NCBI GenBank assembly: GCA_030150405.1
Contig: JASLFU010000039.1
Span: forward strand, 182 to 64,181
Direction: 5' to 3'
DNA from: Ignatzschineria sp.
Lineage (GTDB): Bacteria; Pseudomonadota; Gammaproteobacteria; Cardiobacteriales; Wohlfahrtiimonadaceae
Length of the DNA: 64,000 bases
In this document: positions 10,010 through 20,930 of the stretch, one piece after another
Numbering within the stretch: the stretch's first letter is position 1
Layout: each line of letters opens with the position of its first letter
Program-made: the position numbers and the translations under genes
The notes under the pieces: model-generated
The model's input: only the letters and a program-made list of their open reading frames with translations
Database searches by the model: none
What the model was told of the DNA's origin: nothing

Positions 10010-11074
10010 ATGCCCCAATTCTCATCCCCCCAATTTATCGCCAAATTAAAGGCTAAAGCCGCGCAGTTTGGCATTAATGAGATTAGCTCTAGCGGGATTG
10101 ATCCGGGGAAAAATCGTGACTACTTCATTGAGTGGCTCAATAAGGGCTATCACGGAGAGCTCGACTATATGCATAAACATGGGGAGAAGCGCTATTACCC
10201 CGCAAAACTGGTGGAGGGTACTCTTTCACTTCTCACCTGCCAGCTCCATTATCGAAATCCAGAGATCGACCAATGGGCTCGCCTAAATGATCCAGAGCAC
10301 GCCTATGTAGCAGAATATGCCTTGGGGAGGGATTACCATAAAGTACTACGAAAACAGCTTACAAACTTAGGAAAATGGCTGCAAGAAGAGATCCCTGGCT
10401 TACAATTTCGCGCCTTTGTAGATAGCGCTCCCATTCTTGAACGAGCCTTTAGCCAACAAGGGGGTATGGGTTTTTTTGGTAAAAACACCATGATTATTCA
10501 CCCCCGAAAGGGCTCATTCTTCTTTTTAGGGCAGTTGCTAATCTCTCATAAAATTGAGATTCCCAGCACGCCCATTAATAACCATTGTGGCCAATGTACC
10601 CGATGCATCGATATCTGCCCCACTCAAGCTATTGTTGCCCTCTTTGAGCTCGATGCCCGGCGCTGCATCTCCTACTTAACGATCGAGCATTTTGGCCCCA
10701 TCCCCGAAGAATTCCGCAAGCCTCTAGGTAACCGCATTTTTGGTTGCGACGATTGCCAGATTATCTGTCCCTGGAATCGCTTTGCCGTTCCCCTAAACAC
10801 TCAAGACTTTCTCCCCCGGCATAAGCTCGATCAATCCACTCTTTTAGAGCTTTTTAGTTGGTCCGAGCAGGAATTTCTTAAAAAAACGGAAGGTAGCCCC
10901 ATCCGCCGTTTAGGGTATAATCGATGGTTGCGAAATATCGCAGTCGGCATCGGCAACAGCCCCTATTCGCCCAAAAATATCGAGGCCCTTCAAGCTAAAT
11001 TATCCCACCCCGATGAGATGGTGAAAGAGCATATCCTCTGGGCATTGGGGGAGCAGACTAGGAAACAAGCATAA
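10010..11074 (+). CDS. queG: Epoxyqueuosine reductase
   Basis: YALGRDYH, VDSAP, CGQCTRCIDICPT, CISYLTIE, GCDDCQIICPWN; likely ATG 10010 just after the coaD stop. Confidence 0.95.
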   Translation: MPQFSSPQFIAKLKAKAAQFGINEISSSGIDPGKNRDYFIEWLNKGYHGELDYMHKHGEKRYYPAKLVEGTLSLLTCQLHYRNPEIDQWARLNDPEHAYVAEYALGRDYHKVLRKQLTNLGKWLQEEIPGLQFRAFVDSAPILERAFSQQGGMGFFGKNTMIIHPRKGSFFFLGQLLISHKIEIPSTPINNHCGQCTRCIDICPTQAIVALFELDARRCISYLTIEHFGPIPEEFRKPLGNRIFGCDDCQIICPWNRFAVPLNTQDFLPRHKLDQSTLLELFSWSEQEFLKKTEGSPIRRLGYNRWLRNIAVGIGNSPYSPKNIEALQAKLSHPDEMVKEHILWALGEQTRKQA

Positions 11075-11088
11075 AATCGGAAGTTTAT

Positions 11089-12234
11089 ATGGCTAAAAAA
11101 ACCTTAAAAATAGGCATACTTTTGCGCAATCGTCACGATGGACCTGGAGGCTTAGAAAAAGTATTACAGCAAGTTGAGTTAGGCCTTAGAAAATATAATG
11201 TGAAAGTATTTGTGTATGCTCTCTATCAACCAACATATACTGAGTTTGTTCAGAACTTCCAAAATTTTTACTGCCTACCTGCTCCGAAACTTATAACTGA
11301 AGAATCTAAACTACCAAAGCTTTTACGAAGAGCTCTTTATAAAGTATTTGTCTCATTAACGGGCAATAGACTATTTGTAAAAATGGCAGAAGATAATATA
11401 GATCTACTCATTACATTAGATCTATCAAAACAATTTCTAAAAAACTATAGATTTCTTAATAATTTTAAAAAAAGAACTGGCATCCCTATTAGCTCTTGGG
11501 TGCATAGCTCTCTTAGTAATACTTCTTCCAAGCTTGCAGAAAAAATACTATCTAAAATTGATCTATTTCATGGGCATCTTGCAATCAGCAAGGGAATTAA
11601 AGATGAGTTAAAAAGGCTATATAATCAGACAAATATATTCCTCATACATAATCCTATTACTCCTGCTAAATTAGTTTCCCGTAACCCCAAAAAACTACTT
11701 TACATTGGGCGCATTGATAAAAATAAACGCGTACACTCTTTACTCCAAAACCTAACCGATCTACAAGGAGAATGGCAACTCGATATTTATGGTTCTACCG
11801 GGACTCAGGATGGCGACATCCAGTTTAAGCAATATATTCATAGCCTTTCATTAAATAACAATGTTCTATTTCATGGCTGGAGAGCAAACCCATGGAGCGA
11901 AATTAAAGAGGCTGGGGTTTTACTCTTAAACTCAGAACAAGAAGGCCTTTCTTTAGTTATTTGCGAAGCTCTTATGAGAGGTATTCCTGTTGTATCCTCC
12001 GACTGCCCTACAGGCCCCTCCGAACTTATTATAAATAATGAAAATGGCTGGCTATATCCCGTACACGAAGAATTTAAAGGCATTGAGATCATTCAGAAAA
12101 TAATCTCCGGAGAAATTGCCTTACCTGAGCCGTTACAGATACAAGATAGCGTCTCGTATTTAAGACAATCCCATGTCTTTGAAAAGATGTATCGAGCTAT
12201 ACTTGCTATATCATCTAAAAACCAACTCCCATAA
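11089..12234 (+). CDS. GT4 glycosyltransferase (WaaB/RfaB-like, probably LPS/surface glycan)
   Basis: GGLE N-terminal motif, YIGR, EGLS.V..EA...G.PVVSSDC.TGP.E GT4 signature; AT-rich. Confidence 0.85.
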   Translation: MAKKTLKIGILLRNRHDGPGGLEKVLQQVELGLRKYNVKVFVYALYQPTYTEFVQNFQNFYCLPAPKLITEESKLPKLLRRALYKVFVSLTGNRLFVKMAEDNIDLLITLDLSKQFLKNYRFLNNFKKRTGIPISSWVHSSLSNTSSKLAEKILSKIDLFHGHLAISKGIKDELKRLYNQTNIFLIHNPITPAKLVSRNPKKLLYIGRIDKNKRVHSLLQNLTDLQGEWQLDIYGSTGTQDGDIQFKQYIHSLSLNNNVLFHGWRANPWSEIKEAGVLLLNSEQEGLSLVICEALMRGIPVVSSDCPTGPSELIINNENGWLYPVHEEFKGIEIIQKIISGEIALPEPLQIQDSVSYLRQSHVFEKMYRAILAISSKNQLP

Positions 12235-12239
12235 AAAAA

Positions 12240-13378
12240 ATGAAAATAGGTCTTTTATTTTTAACATACCAGCCTGGTAAAGGCGGATTAGAACAAGTAG
12301 TTAAAACTGTTACACGCTCTCTTGCTGATAAAAACTATCAGTTTTATATTTATGGTATTCACCAACCAGTTGATCAAGACTTTTTACAGTACGCCGTTAA
12401 AACCAAATTTATAAAATATCCTTCATGGGTTGAAAATAAACCAATACTCATGCCAAAGTTTTTGCACCGTTTTTTGACTCGTAAGTATCGCGAAAATAGG
12501 CTTTTAAATCTTCTAGAGGAAGCAGAAAAAGATAAAATTGAATCTTTAATTATCCTGAATTTACATAAGCAATATAGCCAAAATTATCGTACTTTAAAAA
12601 AATTCAAAAAACAACCCATATACCCATAATCTCTTGGCCACATGGAACACTATTTGCAACTCCTAAAAAATTTAGACGCAAATTAAAAAAACAAGTATCT
12701 CTATTTGACGGACATCTAGCGATCAGCTCTGGCATCAAACAAGAATTAAAAAACTTGTATAACGTTGAGTCAACACACCTTATATATAATCCTATCCCAG
12801 AACCTAATAAAATAATATCTCGACAAAATAATCGCTTTCTTTTTATAGGCCGCATTGATGAAAATAAACGCTTACAAGGAATTCTTCAACAGTTAAAAAA
12901 AGTGCAAGATGACTGGCATTTAGACATTTTTGGCTCTACTGGGAATATAAGTGAAGATAAAGCTCTCGTAAACTATATATCTAAACTAGGGCTCTGCAAC
13001 AAGATTACATTTCATGGCTGGACTTTAGATCCGTGGTCAAAAATCAATTCGGCAGGCCTTTTATTGCTAAATTCCAAGCAAGAAGGCTTCCCTCTTGTAA
13101 TTGCCGAGGCACTTATACGGGGTATTCCCGTTCTCTCCTCTAATTGTCCTGTTGGTCCGAATGAGTTAATAACTCATGAAAAAAATGGATGGTTATATGA
13201 AGTAAATAATGAAGAGGCTATCCATCAAATACTGCAAGCCATCCTAAGTAAGGCAATCTCGTTACCATCAGAAAAGGATTGTCAAAACAGTGTGTCACAC
13301 TTAAAAAGCCAAGTAGTCGTACGTAATTTCATTAATGCTTTAAAGAAGATCACCCACAACTTTAAAACTTATAATTAA
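12240..13378 (+). pseudogene. Second GT4 glycosyltransferase paralog split by a -1 frameshift in poly-A tracts
   Basis: ORFs 12240-12629 and 12755-13378 join into a full paralog of the upstream GT if one A is added at A7 12596-12602 or A6 12606-12611 (restores ..THIPIISWPHGTL..DGHLAIS..). Confidence 0.8.
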
Positions 13379-13460
13379 TGAGTAAACCTTCTAAATACGG
13401 TAAAATCACACAATATTTCAGTAAAAATTACGATTTAAGAGATCTAAAAACGGAACAATC

Positions 13461-15527
13461 ATGATTAAAGAGACGCTACTAATTGAAATTGGGACCGAAG
13501 AGCTTCCCCCACGGGCTTTGAATAACTTGTCGGAGGCTTTTAAAAAGGGGATTGAAAGCGAACTTAATGCAAAAAAGTTGAGTTTTGATGGGGTTACTGC
13601 ATTTGCCACTCCCCGTCGATTGGCTCTTGTGATCGATAATCTCCAATCACGACAAGAAGATTATAAAAATGAGCGCCGGGGCCCTGCGGTTCAAGCTGCG
13701 ATGAAAGATGGCGAACCCACACCTGCCCTTTTAGGTTTTGCACGCTCTTGCGGCGCTAAAATCGATGAGCTCACAATATTAGAGACCGATAAAGGTGCTT
13801 GGTACACATTTAGCCAAGATGTAAAAGGGCAAACTTTAGAAGCGATGCTGCCGGAAATGGTGGAAAAATCGCTTAAAGCACTTCCCATTCCTAAGCGGAT
13901 GCGTTGGGCCGATCATGATTTTGAATTTGTGCGTCCTGTACGCTGGATCACCCTTCTTTATGGCGATCAACTTATCGAGCTTGAGCTCTTTGGTATTCAC
14001 GCAAGCAACCAGACTCGGGGGCATCGTTTCCATACAGACTCGCCAATTACAATCGATCATGCCAAAAACTATGAATCAATTTTAGAAAATCAGGGCAAGA
14101 TCATCCCCAGTTTTGCTAAACGTAAAGCGATGATCGAAGATCAGATTGAAACTGCCTCAAAAGCGTATGGTAAAGCGATTGTAAGTCCCGCACTTCTCGA
14201 TGAAGTGACAGCGCTTGTTGAGTTCCCCGTTGCCATGATCGGGAGCTTTGAACCCCACTTTTTAGATGTTCCCCAAGAGGCCTTAATCATTGCGATGGAA
14301 GATCACCAGCGCTACTTCCCGATTATTGATCAGGCGGGGAAACTTGTGGATAAATTCTGCTTTATCAGCAATATTGTTAGCAATGAGCCAAGCGCAGTCA
14401 TTGATGGTAATGAGCGTGTTATTCGCCCCCGCTTTGCAGATGCCCAATTCTTCTGGGAAGAGGATAAAAAAATTCCTTTAGAGGATTATCTAACACGTTT
14501 AGAATCTGTCGTGTTTCAGGCAAAGCTAGGCACTCAAGCCGATAAGATTCGCCGCGTAAAAGCACTTGCCGAAGCGATTGCGGAAAAGATCGGCGCCGAT
14601 AAAGCGGTTGTCTCTCGTGCGGCAAGACTCAATAAATCGGATCTTGTGAGCGATATGGTACAAGAGTTCCCCGAGCTTCAAGGCACCATGGCTCGTTACT
14701 ACGCTGAGAATCAAGGTGAACCTAAATTGGTTGCAGATTCTTTAGAGCAGGTCTATTGGCCTCGCTTTGCAGGGGACAAATTACCGGAATCTAAAGAGGC
14801 GCAAGCATTAGGCATCGCCGAACGTTTAGATACGATTGTGGGCATCTTCTCTATTGGGGAGATCCCCACGGGATCCCGCGATCCTTACGGTTTACGCCGT
14901 AATGCCTTAGCGATTTTACGCATTATGATAGAAGGTGAGCTCCCGCTCGATCTTTTAGAGCTTATAAACATTAGCGCAGCTTCCATGCCGGCATCGATCG
15001 AGGCGGAGAAGAGTGTAGAGACGATCTTCACCTATATTTTTGATCGCTTACGGGCTTACTCGGCAGATCTTAAAGTCTCAAGCGATACATTTGCCTCAAT
15101 TGCGGAGCTTAAACTTACTAATCCGCTCGATATCTACCATCGCCTCTTAGCAGTAGCACACTTTAAAGCGCTTCCTGAAGCGGAAGCTTTGGTGGAATCA
15201 AATCGCCGAATTCACAATATTCTGCATAACAATAAGTTAGATGTTACAGCTTATCCCACGGCAGATCTTTTAGAAAATGAGGCTGAAAAGGCCCTCTTTA
15301 ATTTAGCTGAAGAGCTTGAAGCTAAAATCACTGCCCTTGCGGAGAAAGATGATTATCAGAGTATTTTAATGACTCTAGCCAATTTAGCAGAGCCCCTTGC
15401 CACCTTCTTTGATGAGACGATGGTCATGACGGAGAATATCGCTGTGCGCGATAACCGTGTGGCGCTCTTAATGAAGATTCGCAACTTTTTTGAAAATGTT
15501 GCAGATATCTCCAAGCTTCAACTCTAA
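13461..15527 (+). CDS. glyS: Glycine--tRNA ligase beta subunit
   Basis: EIGTEELPP, TPRRLA, MRW...FVRP, EFPELQG, GSRDPYGLRR. Confidence 0.97.
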   Translation: MIKETLLIEIGTEELPPRALNNLSEAFKKGIESELNAKKLSFDGVTAFATPRRLALVIDNLQSRQEDYKNERRGPAVQAAMKDGEPTPALLGFARSCGAKIDELTILETDKGAWYTFSQDVKGQTLEAMLPEMVEKSLKALPIPKRMRWADHDFEFVRPVRWITLLYGDQLIELELFGIHASNQTRGHRFHTDSPITIDHAKNYESILENQGKIIPSFAKRKAMIEDQIETASKAYGKAIVSPALLDEVTALVEFPVAMIGSFEPHFLDVPQEALIIAMEDHQRYFPIIDQAGKLVDKFCFISNIVSNEPSAVIDGNERVIRPRFADAQFFWEEDKKIPLEDYLTRLESVVFQAKLGTQADKIRRVKALAEAIAEKIGADKAVVSRAARLNKSDLVSDMVQEFPELQGTMARYYAENQGEPKLVADSLEQVYWPRFAGDKLPESKEAQALGIAERLDTIVGIFSIGEIPTGSRDPYGLRRNALAILRIMIEGELPLDLLELINISAASMPASIEAEKSVETIFTYIFDRLRAYSADLKVSSDTFASIAELKLTNPLDIYHRLLAVAHFKALPEAEALVESNRRIHNILHNNKLDVTAYPTADLLENEAEKALFNLAEELEAKITALAEKDDYQSILMTLANLAEPLATFFDETMVMTENIAVRDNRVALLMKIRNFFENVADISKLQL

Positions 15528-15574
15528 TAAGTAGCCATCTATTTTGTGTGGATAGCTCGCTATCTCTCCAACGC

Positions 15575-15613
15575 TAGGGCATTACCGATCTCTAACTTTG
15601 CGGTAATGCCCTA
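15575..15613. terminator. 13-bp inverted repeat between glyS and gmhB (terminator-like or processing hairpin)
   Basis: TAGGGCATTACCG (15575-15587) / CGGTAATGCCCTA (15601-15613), followed by CTTTATT. Confidence 0.5.
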
Positions 15614-15630
15614 CTTTATTGAGGTTTCCT

Positions 15631-16236
15631 ATGGGTTCATTTATGGGTGATAAAGCTAAAACTAGAGACTCTCAAAGAGTTCCCGCACTGGTGATTTTAG
15701 ATCGTGATGGCGTGATCAATCACGATTCTCCCCACTATATTAAATCAGCCGATGAGTGGCACCCTATTCCCGGCAGTTTAGAAGCGATTGCCCAATTAAC
15801 TAAAGCGGGAATTCAGGTGGCCATTGCCACCAATCAGCGGGGAATTTCACTTGGCCTCTATGGGCACAAAGAGCTGCATGAAATGCATGAAAAACTGGAG
15901 CGATTACTCCATCCCTTAGGGGGAAAGATTGCGCAGATTGAGTTCTGTATTGCAGATGATGAGAATCATCCTGACCGCAAACCCAATCCCGGCATGCTAA
16001 AGCGCTTAAAGCAGAATCTCTTAAGCACTCCCTCTGATCTTGTCTATTTTGTTGGGGATAAATACTCCGACCTTGAAGCCGCAATAGGAGCAGATAGCAT
16101 CCCGATTTTAGTCCGCACCGGCAATGGAAAAAAAACCGAGAAAGAGCTAAAGGGCACTCCATTTCAAGAGATAGATGTTTTTAATGACCTTGCCCATTTT
16201 GTGGCAGAGCTTCTTAGTTATTCTAAAACCATATAA
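15631..16236 (+). CDS. gmhB: D-glycero-D-manno-heptose 1,7-bisphosphate phosphatase
   Basis: HAD motifs LDRDGVIN, ATNQ.GI, RKPNPGM, VGD..SD; start uncertain (15619/15631/15643). Confidence 0.88.
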   Translation: MGSFMGDKAKTRDSQRVPALVILDRDGVINHDSPHYIKSADEWHPIPGSLEAIAQLTKAGIQVAIATNQRGISLGLYGHKELHEMHEKLERLLHPLGGKIAQIEFCIADDENHPDRKPNPGMLKRLKQNLLSTPSDLVYFVGDKYSDLEAAIGADSIPILVRTGNGKKTEKELKGTPFQEIDVFNDLAHFVAELLSYSKTI

Positions 16237-16253
16237 ATAATGCAGAAGGAATA

Positions 16254-17024
16254 TTGATAATGATTACCTGGCTTCGCTCCTTAATCACCTTCCTCGGGTT
16301 TATAATTATCGGCGTGGTAATTACCCCCATTATGCTACTCTTTTCACTCCCTTTTTGGGGACGCCCCTTTCATGCCATTGTGCGAGTTTGGTGCAAAATG
16401 AATCTTGGCTGGCTCCGCATCGCGGCAGGTGTAAAATATCGAGTATTAGGGGAAGAGAATCTTCAACATCTCGAAAAGAAACCTCACCTACTGCTCTCTA
16501 ATCATCAATCTACTTTTGAGACCTATCTCTACTCTATCTTGCTCCCTCCCCACTCCTTCGTGCTAAAAAAACAGCTCCTCTATATCCCCTTTTTTGGTTG
16601 GGGTTTAGCGAAAACAAAGCCGATCAGTATTGATCGAGAAGCGGGAAGAGCCGCTCTTAAAAAGATGGTGAGTCAAGCACAAGAACGCTTTCAGATCGAT
16701 CGCTCTGTGATTATCTTTCCGGAGGGAACTCGAGCTAATCCCGATCAAAAAGTGCCCTATAAAAAAGGGGCTTTTATTGTGGCAAAAGAGCTTAATGCCC
16801 CTATTTTACCGCTTGCGATTAACTCCGGAAGAGCCTGGCCTAAGGGAAGCTTTTTAAAATATCCTGGAACAATTACACTCACTATCGGCAAACCGATTAT
16901 GACTGAAGGGCGAAAAATAGGTGAGATCGCCACCGAAACAGAAACCTGGATTCGTAGCCATACTTACCCCTCTCTCGACCCTGCCCTCAAACCTCAAGCG
17001 CTTGAAGCAAAATCGGAGGAGTAA
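16254..17024 (+). CDS. plsC: Lysophospholipid (1-acyl-G3P) acyltransferase, PlsC family
   Basis: NHQS..E and IFPEGTR motifs; same glyS-gmhB-plsC order as in many gammaproteobacteria. Confidence 0.85.
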   Translation: MIMITWLRSLITFLGFIIIGVVITPIMLLFSLPFWGRPFHAIVRVWCKMNLGWLRIAAGVKYRVLGEENLQHLEKKPHLLLSNHQSTFETYLYSILLPPHSFVLKKQLLYIPFFGWGLAKTKPISIDREAGRAALKKMVSQAQERFQIDRSVIIFPEGTRANPDQKVPYKKGAFIVAKELNAPILPLAINSGRAWPKGSFLKYPGTITLTIGKPIMTEGRKIGEIATETETWIRSHTYPSLDPALKPQALEAKSEE

Positions 17025-17027
17025 TCG

Positions 17028-17627
17028 ATGCGTCAACAGGTGCAAATTATTGGGGGAGAATATCGTTCCCGCCGCTTAAAAGTGATCAATGCTGACGGGC
17101 TGCGACCTACCTCTTCCCGCATGCGGGAAATGCTCTTTAACTGGCTACAGATGGAGATCCCCGGGGCGATTGTAGTCGATCTTTTTGCAGGCACGGGCGC
17201 CCTAGGTATTGAAGCGCTCTCCCGCGGTGCAAAAAGAGCGATCTTTATTGAGAAGAACCCCAAAGTATTTACCCTGCTAAAACAGAATCTCACAACATTA
17301 AAAATCCCTAAAGAGCGTTACCTCCTCCTTCCGATAAGTGCGGAGAGTTTTTTGCAAAATTCAGAGCAATATCTTCCCCAAAACGCTATAGAGAGCCGTT
17401 TACATCTCTTTCTCGACCCCCCTTTTTTTGCCGAACTTTATGAAGAGACCTTAACCGCACTAAAAGAAAGCAGGCTGTTTGAAAAAATAAGCTCTCTCTC
17501 CCTAGAGATGCCCGCTCAAAACCAGCTCGAAACCAGCACCACAGCAGAGAAACTTAGCCCCCTTATCTCATACCGCAAAAAGGGGAGTAGAGAGAGTATG
17601 CTAGAGCTCTTTATTCGACCTCAATAG
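17028..17627 (+). CDS. rsmD: 16S rRNA (G966-N2)-methyltransferase
   Basis: IIGG..R.R.L, LRPT..R.RE.LFNWL, DLFAGTGALG.EALSRGA, FLDPPF. Confidence 0.93.
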   Translation: MRQQVQIIGGEYRSRRLKVINADGLRPTSSRMREMLFNWLQMEIPGAIVVDLFAGTGALGIEALSRGAKRAIFIEKNPKVFTLLKQNLTTLKIPKERYLLLPISAESFLQNSEQYLPQNAIESRLHLFLDPPFFAELYEETLTALKESRLFEKISSLSLEMPAQNQLETSTTAEKLSPLISYRKKGSRESMLELFIRPQ

Positions 17628-17731
17628 TTTTGTGACAAAAATAAGCCGATGGAACATCCCCATCGGCTCTGATCTTTTAAAATGTATTCTCTGCGTTAAA
17701 GAGCAGATCGTTCATTCTTCAACATTACGCA

Positions 17732-18112
17732 TTACGCCATATATTCATCCCATAGTTTCACCACCCGCTCCCGCAACTGAGCAGGATCAAAAGGCTTGGT
17801 TAAAACTCCTAAGAGATGAGGAGGCCTCGGCTCTGAAAAGGTCGCAAATTGATTATTAGAAGTTAAGATCATCCCCGGCGTCTCGGTACAATTTAGGCAT
17901 TGCTGCAATCTCTCTAAAGTCTCCGGACCGCTAATATCAGGCAGGACAAGATCTACAATAAAAAGATCAGGGCTAGATTGTTGAGTCAGCTTTACGGCCT
18001 CTTCACAATTTTGCGCAAGCAATACTGTAAATTCAGGCGATAGAGCGGCCTTTAGCGCCTCTCCGATATCGGCATCATCATCCACACATAAGATTGTTTC
18101 TAATTTCGCCAT
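17732..18112 (-). CDS. Single-domain response regulator (CheY-like receiver)
   Basis: VDDD acidic pocket, phosphoacceptor D in IVDLVLP, T in LTS, KPF. Confidence 0.85.
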   Translation of the reverse strand: MAKLETILCVDDDADIGEALKAALSPEFTVLLAQNCEEAVKLTQQSSPDLFIVDLVLPDISGPETLERLQQCLNCTETPGMILTSNNQFATFSEPRPPHLLGVLTKPFDPAQLRERVVKLWDEYMA

Positions 18113-18229
18113 TTAGACTTTAGCCTCATCTTTTATCCAACTATTCTCAAAACCCACTTAACGGTAAAAACTGACTTACTCTTTTAAGTTTGCGCCTTTA
18201 ATGACGATGAAAATCATCAGCCAAACTCA

Positions 18230-18679
18230 CTATATTCCCCCTACACGGCGATCATAGGCGAGATATTGATCGGACCAGTAGATCACCTCTTGCACCCTTG
18301 GCGTCACATGTTTTAATGCTTCAAAACGTGTAAACCATGCCCAGCGGCTATGCTCAGGTCGACCCAGCTCTGGATTGATCGGTAACGAGATGCGACGCCG
18401 GCGGGTCTCCCCTAAATAGTAGCGCGCAACCTTCTTCCCTCGATAATAGGGGGCTGTTTCGTAATAATCCTTCCCCCATGGAAAGATCAGATCCTCGATC
18501 GTAGTCTCTTCTTTAATCTCTCGTAATGCTGTCTCAAAAGGTGTTTCATCCCCTTCTAATTGCCCTTTAGGAAAATCCCAAAAGTTATAAGCTTTTAAGA
18601 GAAGGTAACGAAACTCACCTCGATCCCATCGAACGATTACTGCCCCGCAGGATAAAATCTCTGGAGCAATCTCATTCAT
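18230..18679 (-). CDS. NUDIX hydrolase (Ap4A hydrolase-like)
   Basis: WDFPKGQLEGDETPFETALREIKEET Nudix box. Confidence 0.88.
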   Translation of the reverse strand: MNEIAPEILSCGAVIVRWDRGEFRYLLLKAYNFWDFPKGQLEGDETPFETALREIKEETTIEDLIFPWGKDYYETAPYYRGKKVARYYLGETRRRRISLPINPELGRPEHSRWAWFTRFEALKHVTPRVQEVIYWSDQYLAYDRRVGGI

Positions 18680-18762
18680 GATATATCCTCTATTTTCTCC
18701 TTAAAATGTAATTAGCGATCTGTTTGATCTATTCAACATAGATAAAACAGATAAATTTGACG

Positions 18763-19830
18763 TTAGTGATACGCAGGACTAAATTCCCGCACCGCTTCTA
18801 CCATCGCTTTCACATTTTCAGGATCAATTCCCGGATGAATACCATGACCAAGATTGAAAATATGCCCCTGCCCTGGCTTAACAACGCCATAGCCATGGAG
18901 TACCTTTTTCACATTCTCACGCACAACTTCGGGGGTAGCATAAAGAACGCCGGGATCCATATTCCCCTGCAACGCCACTTTATCTCCCACCAATGCTTTA
19001 GCATGAGCAATATCGGTCATCCAATCGAGCCCCATACCATTAGCGCCAATATGTGCTTGCTCACCGAGCCACATTCCCCCATTTTTCGTGAAAATAATGC
19101 TCGGGATCGGATTCCCCTCATAATTATGAAGAATACCCTTTACGATCTTCTCCATATATTTGAGTGAAAACTCCTTATAGTGCTCTTTAGTTAAGATGCC
19201 TCCCCAAGTATCGAAGATCTGGACAGCTGCCGCCCCATTGACGATCTGCGCATTGAGATAATCGATCACCACATCTGCAAGCTTATCTAGCAATTTATGC
19301 ATCGCTTCGGGATGCTCATACATAAAGCCCCGCACCTTGCCAAAATCTTTGCTCCCGCCTCCTTCAATCATATAGGTTGCGAGCGTCCAAGGGCTGCCTG
19401 TGAAGCCAATTAGAGGGATTGAGCCATCAAGCTCACGGGAGATGGTGCGCACAGCGTCCATCACATAACCAAGTTCGATCTCGGCATCCGGTTTTGGTAA
19501 TTGTTCAATCTGTCGGGGGTCTGTAATGGGGCGCTCAAAAACTGGCCCTTTCCCGGGAACAAAACTTAAGCCTAACCCCATCGCATCAGGGATAGTTAAA
19601 ATATCAGAGAAGAGAATCGCTGCATCAAAATCGAATCGCTCAATGGGCTGCAAGGTGACCTCACAGGCCAGCTCAGCATTTCGACAAAGATCCATGAAAC
19701 TCCCCGCTTCTTCACGCACTCGACGATACTCAGGCAGGTATCGCCCCGCTTGGCGCATCATCCAAACTGGAGTACGATCGACAGGCTCTCGTAAAAGAGC
19801 CCGTAAAAAACGATCATTTTTATATCTCAT
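18763..19830 (-). CDS. hemE: Uroporphyrinogen decarboxylase
   Basis: [30 protein letters not shown]. Confidence 0.97.
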   Translation of the reverse strand: MRYKNDRFLRALLREPVDRTPVWMMRQAGRYLPEYRRVREEAGSFMDLCRNAELACEVTLQPIERFDFDAAILFSDILTIPDAMGLGLSFVPGKGPVFERPITDPRQIEQLPKPDAEIELGYVMDAVRTISRELDGSIPLIGFTGSPWTLATYMIEGGGSKDFGKVRGFMYEHPEAMHKLLDKLADVVIDYLNAQIVNGAAAVQIFDTWGGILTKEHYKEFSLKYMEKIVKGILHNYEGNPIPSIIFTKNGGMWLGEQAHIGANGMGLDWMTDIAHAKALVGDKVALQGNMDPGVLYATPEVVRENVKKVLHGYGVVKPGQGHIFNLGHGIHPGIDPENVKAMVEAVREFSPAYH

Positions 19831-19929
19831 GATTTATCCTAATTTCAATATTTATACCTCTCAAATTGTACCATACTCTCCCATTCTCAGGACTTTATTC
19901 TCATTTAAGTTTCGCACTTAAGGAAGAAG

Positions 19930-19940
19930 TGCGGTATAAT
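19930..19940 (+). promoter_or_regulatory. Probable rpsB-tsf promoter -10 element
   Basis: TGCGGTATAAT upstream of the rpsB leader. Confidence 0.55.
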
Positions 19941-20038
19941 AACGCCCTCTTTATTACGCCTCTTTTAAAGTGATTCATTCACTCTTTAAAGGGAGCAAAA
20001 GAGCCCCTCAATGGGGAAATATTTATTTTTATCAATTA

Positions 20039-20159
20039 CTCACAGGCTAATTCACTCAAATGAGGGTGCCCTTTTTGAGTCTTAAACATCAATTTTAAGC
20101 TTAAGCTGGGTTCATTTTGAGATTGTCTGGAGGCTTAACCCTATTAAAAAGGAAAAATT
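20039..20159 (+). promoter_or_regulatory. rpsB 5' leader (S2 autoregulatory element, t44/tff-like)
   Basis: Two GGGT motifs (GAGGGTGCC, GGGTTC) and TGGAGGCTTAACCC just before the RBS, as in gammaproteobacterial rpsB leaders. Confidence 0.65.
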
Positions 20160-20930
20160 ATGTCACAAGTAACAATGCGCGATATGCTCGAAGCGGGCGT
20201 ACACTTTGGTCACCAAACCCGTTTCTGGGATCCTAAAATGAAGCCGTACATCTTCGGCTCACGTTCTAAGATCCATATCATCAACTTAGAAAAAACACTT
20301 CCAATGTTTAACGATGCAATGAACTTTATCTCTAAAGTTGCATCACAAAATGGTCGTATTCTCTTTGTAGGTACTAAGCGCGCAGCATCTGACATCATCA
20401 CAGAACAAGCGCAACGTGCGGGTCAGCCCTACGTTAACCATCGCTGGTTAGGTGGTATGCTCACCAACTTCAAAACTGTTCGTAACTCTATCCGTCGTCT
20501 CCGCGAAATCGAAGAGATGAAGGAAGATGGTTCACTCGAGCGTTTAACGAAGAAAGAAGGAATCCTTTTAGAGCGCGAACTCAACAAGCTTGAGAAGAGC
20601 CTCGGCGGCATTAAAGATATGCCTAACATTCCTGATGCGATCTTTATCATCGACGTAGGCTACGAGAGCAATGCTGTAGCAGAAGCACGTAAGATGGGTA
20701 TTCCTGTAATCGGTGTAGTCGATAGCAATAGCTCACCTGAAAATATCGATTATGTTATCCCCGGTAACGACGATGCGATCCGTGCAATTCAACTCTACGC
20801 AACTGCAGCAGCAGACGCAGTGTTAGAAGGACGCGGTTCAAATGCTCAGCTCGCAGCTCAAGACCTCCAACAGAAAGATGAGTTTGTTGAGGTAGAAGAA
20901 GCAGCCGAAGAGACTGATTCAGAAGAATAA
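20160..20930 (+). CDS. rpsB: 30S ribosomal protein S2
   Basis: [28 protein letters not shown]. Confidence 0.99.
   Translation: MSQVTMRDMLEAGVHFGHQTRFWDPKMKPYIFGSRSKIHIINLEKTLPMFNDAMNFISKVASQNGRILFVGTKRAASDIITEQAQRAGQPYVNHRWLGGMLTNFKTVRNSIRRLREIEEMKEDGSLERLTKKEGILLERELNKLEKSLGGIKDMPNIPDAIFIIDVGYESNAVAEARKMGIPVIGVVDSNSSPENIDYVIPGNDDAIRAIQLYATAAADAVLEGRGSNAQLAAQDLQQKDEFVEVEEAAEETDSEE

Noticed and set aside
18757..19921. Antisense ORFs over hemE, and similar short overlapping ORFs across nuo, proS, ettA and the autotransporter
   Set aside because: They lie on top of well-supported conserved genes and have no independent coding signal
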